Assembly: GCA_963733095.1 (NCBI GenBank)
Contig: CAVTBV010000009.1
Coordinates: forward strand, 64,001 to 128,000
Length of the DNA stretch: 64,000 nucleotides
Origin: Candidatus Bathyarchaeota archaeon
GTDB lineage: Archaea; Thermoproteota; Bathyarchaeia; Bathyarchaeales; Bathycorpusculaceae
Direction: 5' to 3'
Shown: positions 50,719 to 58,821 of the stretch, one piece after another
How positions within the stretch are numbered: the first letter of the stretch is position 1
Layout of the letters: the number at the start of each line of letters is the position of its first letter
Position numbers and translations under genes: made by a program
The notes under the pieces: generated by a model
Databases searched by the model: none
What the model was told of the DNA's origin: nothing
What the model saw: only the letters and a program-made list of their open reading frames with translations

Positions 50719-52095
50719 ATGAATTTGAGTGAACAAACGTTCCTTGACTCAGTATCAAACCCAAAAACAAAAAAATGCTACAGATACGGACTAAAAATAT
50801 TCTGCCAATGGTACGGACAAACAGCAGAACAAATCCTTGAACTAAGAAAAGACGACCTAACACAGCGCGTCGGGGAAAACCTGATTGAATACCGAAACCG
50901 AGCATCAAGATTTGAAAAAGAAATAGAAAAATTCCACACATACCTTTCAACAACAAAAAGCATCAACACCGCAAGAGTCCAAACATTAGGAATAAGACAA
51001 CTCTTCAGATACTATGAAATGCCTATGCGCTTTAGAAATGGAAGCAAGATAGCTAAAACCGTCAAAACAACCAAAAACTTTCCCCTAACAATCGAACACG
51101 TACGGAAAATGTTTGACGTAGCAAACCTAAGAGAAAGAGTAATTCTGAGCACCGCTACTGATTTAGGCTTAAGAATAGGCGATTTCATGAACCTCAAAAA
51201 ATCAGACTTACCTTCATTAAATCAAGAATCGCCCATTTCCTTTGAAATAATGACTGAAAAAGAAAACGTTTTAGCTTGTGGATTCTTAAGCGAAGAAACA
51301 GTTGACCTTCTTAAAATCTATCTTCCAACATTAGACCACAAAAAAGATAATCCCTACCTTTTCCCTTCAAACGGAAACAGAAGCATATCAGACGAATGGT
51401 TAAACCGTCTGCTACAGAACTTAGCAAACAAAGCAAAAATAAACTTAAACGGCAAAAGAGTAACCTTTCACTGCTTTAGAAAAATGTTCCTCTCAGCATC
51501 CATTGACAGCGGAATAGGCTTAACAGCTGGTAAAAAATTGTGCGGAAAAACAATAGCCCAATCAGACGACACATACCTAACCGTCGTTAACCTCAAATCA
51601 AAATTCCTACAAATCAAGAAATTCTTAACCATTAAAGAACAGCCAAACCTTGAAATAGAGCAAATTGAACCCTTAAAAAATGCGATAACTAAGCTTCAAA
51701 GCGATTTAACAGAGCAAAAGCTAATTACTTCTGTAATTTCTGAGGCGCAAAACAATAGAATTAAAGACATTGAAAAGAAACTTTTTTCCGTACAGCCTGA
51801 TGTGGAATGGGAGAAATATCTTTCAGAACATCCAGACGAATTTGAACGATTTGAAAAACAACATGAAGAACGTCTGAAATGGGGAAAAGAGCATCCAGAA
51901 GTCGTTAAAAAGCAAACAGAGCAAATTGACAAGAAATTTAGAGAATATGAAAAATGGCGAGAACAACATCCAGAATTAAAAGAACAAGAAGAAAAAACAT
52001 ATGTTGAACATCTTGAAGACCGAATAGTTGAATTAGAAAAAACTCTGCAAGAGCTTGCAGACTTTGTTAGAAAAAGACCAGAAGGAAATACTTGA
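50719..52095 (+). CDS. Tyrosine recombinase/integrase with a long charged C-terminal extension
   Basis: N-terminal T.K.YR..L..F SAM-like domain, GLRIGD (R), YLFPS, FHCFRK (HxxR), DDTY (catalytic Y). Confidence 0.92.
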   Translation: MNLSEQTFLDSVSNPKTKKCYRYGLKIFCQWYGQTAEQILELRKDDLTQRVGENLIEYRNRASRFEKEIEKFHTYLSTTKSINTARVQTLGIRQLFRYYEMPMRFRNGSKIAKTVKTTKNFPLTIEHVRKMFDVANLRERVILSTATDLGLRIGDFMNLKKSDLPSLNQESPISFEIMTEKENVLACGFLSEETVDLLKIYLPTLDHKKDNPYLFPSNGNRSISDEWLNRLLQNLANKAKINLNGKRVTFHCFRKMFLSASIDSGIGLTAGKKLCGKTIAQSDDTYLTVVNLKSKFLQIKKFLTIKEQPNLEIEQIEPLKNAITKLQSDLTEQKLITSVISEAQNNRIKDIEKKLFSVQPDVEWEKYLSEHPDEFERFEKQHEERLKWGKEHPEVVKKQTEQIDKKFREYEKWREQHPELKEQEEKTYVEHLEDRIVELEKTLQELADFVRKRPEGNT

Positions 52096-52133
52096 GTGGA
52101 TTTTAAAAGCAGAAGGAGGAGAATTAATTATTC

Positions 52134-52682
52134 ATGTCAAACCAGTCAAAGCCAAGTAACTCTTGCAAACCAACTAAGAAGCCGCCTCGCCCAATTCCTA
52201 AAAATAGGTTTCCCGAAGGCATTCAATTATGTAAAGACAATATTGCCGACTTCTTAAGTGATGCCCGCAATGTTTTAGCCAACGGTAAACCCTACCATGC
52301 CTATATCTTGTTTGAATTTGCCTTAGAAGAATTTGGTAAAATAATTATGCTAAAAGAAGCAAGAGACGACCCAAACAATAAAACTAATGCAGCGCAAGTT
52401 CCTGAGCATGTTTTTACTAACCATCGGGGTAAATGCGATAAGGCGATTGATGTTTTAGGTACGGATTTAAAAACCCTCTACAATGGTATCTGGGCTAAAG
52501 GTATATGGGCACCAGGCATTTGGGGAGAAAGCGAGGTAGAAGTGGGTCATAACACGCGACTAAAGTGTGCCTTCGTTGATTATCTCAATAACAACTGGAC
52601 TATTGGCGACAACGCAATCACAAAAAGCAACTTGACCAGTTTAATAGAAAAATTGGATGCCCGCACCAAATTGGAGAAATAG
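52134..52682 (+). CDS. AbiV-family (HEPN-like) abortive-infection protein
   Basis: DN..DFL.DA..L..G..YHA..L..FALEEFGK...F.NH..K pattern recalled from the AbiV family; GGAGGAG RBS. Confidence 0.7.
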   Translation: MSNQSKPSNSCKPTKKPPRPIPKNRFPEGIQLCKDNIADFLSDARNVLANGKPYHAYILFEFALEEFGKIIMLKEARDDPNNKTNAAQVPEHVFTNHRGKCDKAIDVLGTDLKTLYNGIWAKGIWAPGIWGESEVEVGHNTRLKCAFVDYLNNNWTIGDNAITKSNLTSLIEKLDARTKLEK

Positions 52683-52697
52683 CCATTAAAGGACTTG

Positions 52698-53070
52698 TCA
52701 ACACAATGCGGGGCTGATATGCGCCCCTCTTTTCTTTTCGTCGTCGGCAAAAAAGCCCCGAACATCAGCCCAACGGGTGACACGCTTAAATGTTGGAAAT
52801 TTGCAGCAAATTTACAACTTTTAAGCGTTTCATTCGGGGCTTTTTTGCAGTAGTAACCAAAAACAACCGTCTGGTGTAGCATCAACAACAAACGGTCGAT
52901 TATCACAATGCGGTTCTTGACTGCGTTGCCCTCACAATGTAGGGCAACATAGGCAAACAAAGGTGCTCTGCGACATTTCCGCACATACGGCAATGTCCAG
53001 AGCACAGCAACCAACCGTTAACCATTGGATAGCGGAACCGTCGGGGCGAACCAACGGTCGCCACGATAAA
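52698..53070 (+). ncRNA. Candidate ~370-400 nt structured non-coding RNA or structured DNA element
   Basis: At least seven stem-loops separated by A/C-rich linkers, G-U pairs on the + strand, no credible ORF. Confidence 0.55.
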
Positions 53071-53274
53071 AGCAAAAATAGTGTTAAGGCTTAATTCTGC
53101 AAACCAAAAGAAGCACGGCAAGAGAATTTAAAAGAATAGACAAGTTCTCATAGCTTAGGTCGTTCGTCGTCGTCTTCACTTGATATAATAACACAAATCT
53201 CGACATGAAACAATGGATAATATGTGTGTAAAATAAGACATAAATTGAGGAAATGGGATAGGGTATTGTGATGG

Positions 53275-53430
53275 TTGAAGCATACTTTGAAAGTCTTATT
53301 GAAAGTAACTACCACTGAGAACGGTTCTCGAATTTGCAGTGTTCCTATGAAGAGATTAAAACAGTTGACTTCTGGTCGTAAGTTGGTTTGGTCTTTGGAA
53401 GGGGAATGGCTTGTTTTGGAGTCGTGTTGA
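53275..53430 (+). CDS. AbrB/MazE/SpoVT-like microprotein 1 (51 aa)
   Basis: Manual translation MKHTLKVLLKVTTTENGSRICSVPMKRLKQLTSGRKLVWSLEGEWLVLESC. Confidence 0.6.
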   Translation: MKHTLKVLLKVTTTENGSRICSVPMKRLKQLTSGRKLVWSLEGEWLVLESC

Positions 53431-53580
53431 TTGAAGGTAGTTTTGAGGATTTCTAAGAAGGGGAGTCAAGGTGGTTTTCATGTTGGCAGTGTTCCTATGA
53501 AAAGGCTGAAGCGGTTGGCTTCTGGTCGTCAACGCTTTTGGAAGCTTGAAGGAGATAGTTTGGTTCTTCAATCTTCTTGA
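53431..53580 (+). CDS. AbrB/MazE/SpoVT-like microprotein 2 (49 aa)
   Basis: Manual translation MKVVLRISKKGSQGGFHVGSVPMKRLKRLASGRQRFWKLEGDSLVLQSS; paralog of the preceding ORF. Confidence 0.6.
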   Translation: MKVVLRISKKGSQGGFHVGSVPMKRLKRLASGRQRFWKLEGDSLVLQSS

Positions 53581-53804
53581 TTCTACCAAAAATATGAAAA
53601 GAAATAAAAAAAAATAGATTTTATACCTTATCTCTCTCCATTTAAACCTATCTCATGGACTCAGAAAAACAAATACTGAAGGATTTCCATTTGAGAAAGT
53701 GGATATGTTTGACATTTTCTCACAACAACCTAAACTGAATTTAGTCAAGAGACTTTGACAAGCATATTTTTTAGGTAGGTTAAACCAGTGGTTAAGTGAT
53801 TGCT

Positions 53805-54551
53805 ATGGGCAAGAAAGCAGTTGCTGTAGGAATAATTCTCGTTATTCTGTCATTATCTTTACCTTTAGCATTTGGGTATTTTGAAACCAATATTATAGAT
53901 ACCTCATGGACTGGCAGTGCTACACAATTTTTGAATAATGCACAACCTTATCCACAATGGAAAGACGAATACACTCTGAATGCTTACACCATAACTCTGT
54001 TTGAAAATGGGACAAGCACTTTTGTTAATGCTACTAATGGAGATAGCTTTTCTTCTTATCTTCTAAATGTAATGACAAGAGCTGACAGTCAGATGAGCTC
54101 CGTGAGTGATGCTTTTGTTAATAATGTAACTCAGAATGATAAGGTAGTTTATTTACGAAGCAGATTGGGCACTAACTTTGCTCAGGCAGGAATTTTTGTT
54201 TGGGATACATATTTTGTATTGGAAGATAACCTGTATCAAGGGAGTTTAAAGGGAACAATATTCATAGAGCATGATTCTGACAATGTACGCACATGGCAGC
54301 ATTGGGCTATACTACTAGGGCAAAGCCCTACACCTAGTCCTACACCTGTTCCAACTCAAAACCCTACACCAACACCAACTTCTCAACCCACAGCTAACCA
54401 AAATAATTCACCTACACAAAACCCAACAGCCAATCCCACTCCAACTCCTACCATTCCAGAGTTTTCTTGGTTTATTATTTTGCCTTTGTTCCTTGCAATA
54501 CTCTCTATTGTTGTCCTAATTAGAAAGAGAAAAGTACCTTTGATAAAGTGA
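53805..54551 (+). CDS. Secreted protein with P/T/Q linker and PEF-CTERM-like sorting signal
   Basis: Signal peptide; C-terminal IPEF + TM + RKRK. Confidence 0.85.
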   Translation: MGKKAVAVGIILVILSLSLPLAFGYFETNIIDTSWTGSATQFLNNAQPYPQWKDEYTLNAYTITLFENGTSTFVNATNGDSFSSYLLNVMTRADSQMSSVSDAFVNNVTQNDKVVYLRSRLGTNFAQAGIFVWDTYFVLEDNLYQGSLKGTIFIEHDSDNVRTWQHWAILLGQSPTPSPTPVPTQNPTPTPTSQPTANQNNSPTQNPTANPTPTPTIPEFSWFIILPLFLAILSIVVLIRKRKVPLIK

Positions 54552-54620
54552 AAGCCTTTTATTTAATAATCACATTAGCAATGTTGGTATATCAATAGCT
54601 TTAGAAATCAAACTAATAAT

Positions 54621-54675
54621 AAAGTGTTCGGGTGATATCTCCACTTGAACGTAGGTTCAAGTCCCACCCCGCCCG
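54621..54675 (+). mobile_element. att-like composite site 4 (motif + tRNA 3' end CCCGCCC-G)
   Basis: TCGGGTGATATCTCCACTTGAAC GTAGG TTCAAGT CCCAC CCCGCCC G. Confidence 0.75.
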
Positions 54676-54823
54676 TTTTGAGTCGAGGGATTATTTTCGT
54701 TTTCTGAATGATAAGACCTTCTCTTCCTACTATACCCCAAGATTTTGAAAGGTCTTGCGTACATAGCAGCATCAAAAAGGATATAAAGAGAGACTGACGA
54801 CCTCAACTCAGGAGATAAACCCG

Positions 54824-55138
54824 ATGCCATTTTGCAATAAATGTGGAAAAGAGATATCTGATGATATGAAATTCTGCCCAAATTGCGGAACGCCCATTGG
54901 AATGGAGGAAGAGAGCTTTTCTGTTTCCTCTGAAGACTTGGTCCAGAAAGTCAAAGAATTGTTTCATGAAGGAAATGTCAGGCGAATAACTATAAAGAGC
55001 TAAGAAGGCAAAACTCTGCTCGACATTCCCGTTACAGTCGGAGTTATAGGAATTGTCCTAGTTCCCTGGCTTGCCGCGATTGGAGCCATAGCGGCTTTAG
55101 CTACGAATTGCACTATAGTGGTTCAAAGGCAGAAATGA
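54824..55138 (+). pseudogene. Zinc-ribbon + DUF4342 protein with an in-frame TAA at 55001
   Basis: FCNKCG...KFCPNCG, LVQKVKELFHEGNVRRI.IK*EGKTLLDIPVTVG...PWLAAIGAIAAL. Confidence 0.85.
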
Positions 55139-55177
55139 GTTAAAAGCAAAAGGTCTTCCACGAATCGGGCGCCATAG

Positions 55178-55279
55178 GATAAGTCAGATTCAAAAATAAT
55201 TATTGTATTTTATACGTTCTGATGATAAGATATTTTCCGGAAGGACCTTCCTCTATGGGGCCCAGATTTTGGAGGCCTT
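55178..55279. repeat. Dispersed ~110-bp element, copy B
   Basis: Homologous to 40185-40293. Confidence 0.65.
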
Positions 55280-55487
55280 GGTGCCGCCTTTTGCTTTATA
55301 ACAGCGTACGTTGCAGGATCCATGGGCATTTTATGCACTTAAACACATACACTTATAAGCTGTGTATGCACTTATGTACTAATGTGAATAAGCGGGGACA
55401 AAACATGACAAACAGAAAAATCGAATACACAAATTGGTTACTCGCTTATTTCAACAATATCTAACCAGCAAAAAGAAGTGACTAAAA

Positions 55488-55631
55488 TTGGGCCGCATCA
55501 ACGTTGACATCTCAGACGACTTAGAAAAACAGCTCAGATTAAAAACCGTAGAGCAATTCGGAGGCAAAAAAGGCGACTTATCCAAAGCGGTCCAAGAAGC
55601 AGTAAAAACATGGGTCGAAATAAACCAATAA
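55488..55631 (+). CDS. 47-aa ribbon-helix-helix protein
   Basis: Manual translation MGRINVDISDDLEKQLRLKTVEQFGGKKGDLSKAVQEAVKTWVEINQ. Confidence 0.8.
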   Translation: MGRINVDISDDLEKQLRLKTVEQFGGKKGDLSKAVQEAVKTWVEINQ

Positions 55632-55792
55632 AGTCGTCCCTCCTCAAACCATCAATAACTATATTATAAGAAGCCTAGGTAAAAGGCCCGGGTAAGCCAG
55701 CTAGCCTGGAACACCTCACATGAGGATTATGGGCAATCTAGCTGCAAAAACCCTTTTTAGAATGTTTTCCAAGCAAACAACGATAATCTCTT

Positions 55793-56017
55793 TTAGCTGT
55801 TACCTTTCGGTACATTATTAGCAAGTTCGCTTTCGCTTCTTAATTGTCGTTTTAGATAAGCAACTACTTCAAAACTTTGATTAATTTGAAGCGCAACAAT
55901 AGAAACCAATTCCCACCCATCTAAACCATATTTATTCAACAACTCTTCTTGTGTTTTGACACCGGCATCCAGGATTCCTTTCACCAAAGCTATTGAGACA
56001 TACTCCCATTTTGTCAT
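55793..56017 (-). CDS. DUF4177-family protein
   Basis: KWEY...LN.YG.DGWELVS...YLKR. Confidence 0.8.
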   Translation of the reverse strand: MTKWEYVSIALVKGILDAGVKTQEELLNKYGLDGWELVSIVALQINQSFEVVAYLKRQLRSESELANNVPKGNS

Positions 56018-56717
56018 GTTTGAACCTCTAACAACATTATTTTTCTCTAGAACTGAATTAACCAAGTAGTATTTTTCTTTTGAGGTTTATTTAGTTGAGA
56101 TACAGAAGACGTCAAAAACCCCTAAAAAGCGGGTCGGATGGAATTAAGAGACTTTGGCGCAACCAATTTTTGGAAAGAAAATAAAAACCCCTGCAGCAAC
56201 TACTTATCGAGAACGAAGAAACCAAGAACCCTGAAGACACACGGACCAAAATACATATTCCTTTTGAAAAATATTCTATCATGGTAAACAATAAAAGAAG
56301 TGTATAACAAGATGGAAATCATGAAAAAATCGATAAACGTCACAAATGGAGAAGAACCCCCTAACCCTAAACCAAACCCTAACCCTCAGCCAAATCCAAT
56401 CCCAAATCCAATTTAGTAAGAGCTTTTGCTTCATCTATGAATCCTATGAATCTTAAAACCTGAAGGATGTAAGCGTCATTGCCCTCACCAAATCCGGGCT
56501 ACCTTCCTTTAACTGTAATTTACTGCTGAACGAGTTTAGCAGCATAGACTTATAGCAGAGGAATTGTGCTGACTTAGTAGACGCAGGCATAGCATTTTTG
56601 GTTGTCGCGCGTAACTCGGCAGTGATAGGGAATCCCGCGGGGTATGGACGTAGACGCACTATAGTAGTCCACGAAGAACACCACGATTAATATCATTAAC
56701 GTGAAAAGATTACAATT

Positions 56718-56780
56718 AAAAAAAGGGAATATGCGGGTGATATATCTACTTTGCGAGGGGTTCAAATCCCGCCCGGTCCA
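56718..56780 (+). mobile_element. att-like composite site 5 (motif + tRNA-Ala 3' end)
   Basis: ATGCGGGTGATATATCTACTTTGCG AGGGG TTCAAAT CCCGC CCGGTCC A; CCGGTCC-A carries the U70 typical of tRNA-Ala. Confidence 0.78.
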
Positions 56781-56972
56781 TAAAGCGATCCAAACCCTGC
56801 AGAGTTCAAAACCTATTGCGGATTTATACCGTTTGAGATGTGGGACTGAGGCTTAGGACCACGCGGCAATTTCAATATTACTCTTCGTATTATGCGATGA
56901 TTAAAAAAAGAAATAGGGTGTAGGCGTAGTACCTTTGCAGGTTGCCCTCCCTTGTGCTTCAGATAAGCCAAT

Positions 56973-57542
56973 CTATTTGGGAGGAGGGGCTACTTGGGTT
57001 GCAGTTATTTTTCGGTGATAGAATCTGGCGGCAATGCTTAATCCTGTGGCGACGAAAGCCAAGTAGAAGGGCCAATTGAGAGCGGCTGAGACGTTAACGC
57101 TGGTGTTTGAATTTTGACGAGTAATTGTAGTTGCACCGATCAGAGGCAAACTGAAGCCTCCCAAGGATTGTGCTATTAGAGGTAAAGCAACTATTACTGC
57201 AATAAACGCTACGAGTATGTACAGTGGTTTTTTGTATCCAAATCCCAGTAGATGCTTTGAGTAAGGCGCAGTTGGTTTTACGGAGTAGATCGTTAGTGCT
57301 ATTCCGCCTGCCAGCAGGGTAAGTAAGCATGCTATGTTCAAGGCCAAAATCAAGGGTATTGCAACTGAAGTCCCAGAAATTGAAAGGTTAACGTTAACTG
57401 GAGAGAAATCAACCTGAGCATTCACTGGGGTTCCGGCCATGAACTGCCACCATGGAACAAATAGCGAAATAACAACCAGCAACAAAGTTGAAATTCCTGC
57501 AGCCAACGCAATAAAATTAATTTTGGTTTGCATCATAATCAC
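56973..57542 (-). CDS. Four-TM membrane protein
   Basis: SLFVPWW motif and hydrophobic helices; coupled to the upstream ORF. Confidence 0.75.
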   Translation of the reverse strand: MIMMQTKINFIALAAGISTLLLVVISLFVPWWQFMAGTPVNAQVDFSPVNVNLSISGTSVAIPLILALNIACLLTLLAGGIALTIYSVKPTAPYSKHLLGFGYKKPLYILVAFIAVIVALPLIAQSLGGFSLPLIGATTITRQNSNTSVNVSAALNWPFYLAFVATGLSIAARFYHRKITATQVAPPPK

Positions 57543-57543
57543 C

Positions 57544-58203
57544 TTAACTTATTATTTCGATGTTACCGATATCCTGTGGTGACGAGCCCAAGTTTGTTAC
57601 GCCATTAACAGTAATTGCACCGTTAATTACTGAAACGTCCACTGATGAGAAACCGCTGTAGTTCTGGGCTAAGTCAGCTTGACCTTCTTGTGTCAAAGCA
57701 CCCGAAACAGTTACAGAAACAGTTTGACCAGAACGAACCGTGACAGGGGCATTGTTGAGGCTTAAAGTTCCCAATTGATATTGATCCGCTGTGATTTCAA
57801 CTGCTCCACCCAATGAATTTATCGTCGCATCTTGGTTATCATTGTTGGTTATACTGAAGGTTAACGTTATCGTATTTTTAGACGTGTCAATTTGTCCGCT
57901 AATGAAAGATGGGTTTAATCTGTTTGAAGAAATATCATTGTTGTTATTGTTATCCCCGTTATTTCCATTGCCGTTATTGTTGTCGCCATTTGGGGCGGTG
58001 ACGATGTTTTGATTATTATTGCTGTTCACGCTGTTGCCATTATTATTGGAGTTATCGTTGTTGTCCGAATGCATGAGTTGTTGCAGTTGAGGAGTGACTA
58101 CCATTTGGGGCAAATTATCAAGGTGCATTACCACCACTGCTCCAATTGGTCCTAAAACGCATCCAATGCTAATTAACGCCAGAACAATACGTAACACTTG
58201 CAT
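57544..58203 (-). CDS. Membrane-anchored protein with Asn-rich linker and beta-sandwich (LEA-2-like) domain
   Basis: N-terminal TM, poly-N/D/G tract, LTFSITN...V.SGQTV.VTVSG. Confidence 0.7.
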   Translation of the reverse strand: MQVLRIVLALISIGCVLGPIGAVVVMHLDNLPQMVVTPQLQQLMHSDNNDNSNNNGNSVNSNNNQNIVTAPNGDNNNGNGNNGDNNNNNDISSNRLNPSFISGQIDTSKNTITLTFSITNNDNQDATINSLGGAVEITADQYQLGTLSLNNAPVTVRSGQTVSVTVSGALTQEGQADLAQNYSGFSSVDVSVINGAITVNGVTNLGSSPQDIGNIEIIS

Positions 58204-58743
58204 CTTAGCTCATCTTCTCGTAAGCCACGATATTTTCATTATCCAACATTTTAAATCATCAAAAAATATCAACCTTCTCCAATTAATTATGACTTATGAA
58301 TTGGCAATTCATGTTCATACCTTGGATAAATTCATCCTAGGTTAAATGAGCCAGAAAGGACTCATCCGGAGAAACTTGAACCGCTTCAGGGCAAATCCTC
58401 TTTTTAGATCTTTAGGCAAAAACATGATCGAGACAAAAAATTGGCTGTTATTTCCAGGGACTCGTTTTCTTTATGGCAAGGTGCAGATTATTTTTTTTGA
58501 CCTCTCCAAGCTGAACACATGGCTGCTACAACGCCGAATTTGGCTGCTATTATGAAAACTTCTCTTAGCGCTAAAATGAAAGGATTAGCTATGCTCTTGA
58601 GGGAAATAGTTGTCACTAATGTCAGAGCTATATGGTAAGAATATTGAATGCCGACTGAGATTTAGATAATAATTTAAATAAGTAACCACTTGAGAAACAA
58701 AATTCTAATATTAAGCATTGCAGTGTGTTTATCAAACACCCGT

Positions 58744-58821
58744 GGGCCGGTCGTCTAGCCTGGTTAGGACGTTGGCTTTACGAGCCAAAGGTCGCCGGTC
58801 CGAGTCCGGCTCGGCCCACCA
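58744..58821 (+). tRNA. tRNA-Val(TAC), CCA encoded, no intron
   Basis: GGGCCGG/TCGGCCC acceptor, TTGGC-TTTACGA-GCCAA anticodon arm, GCCGG-TCCGAGT-CCGGC T-arm, ACCA. Confidence 0.93.

Noticed and set aside
52698-53070. Retron msr-msd or canonical integron attC
   Set aside because: No reverse transcriptase in the window; no RYYYAAC/GTTRRRY boxes; the integrase shows no obvious IntI-specific insertion.
52580-53121. Minus-strand ORFs of 144 and 72 aa over the structured region
   Set aside because: No recognisable motifs or RBS; overlaps the AbiV-like gene; better explained as non-coding structure.
53428-53430. In-frame TGA as selenocysteine
   Set aside because: It aligns with the paralog's own stop codon and no SECIS-like element was recognised.
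53330-53580. ~150-bp direct repeat as a CRISPR or iteron array
   Set aside because: Only two units, explained by two paralogous small ORFs; no CRISPR array or cas gene was seen in the window.
56125-56150. Minus-strand CTTAATTCCATCCGACCCGC as another tRNA 3' fragment
   Set aside because: T-loop too degenerate and no upstream motif at the expected spacing.
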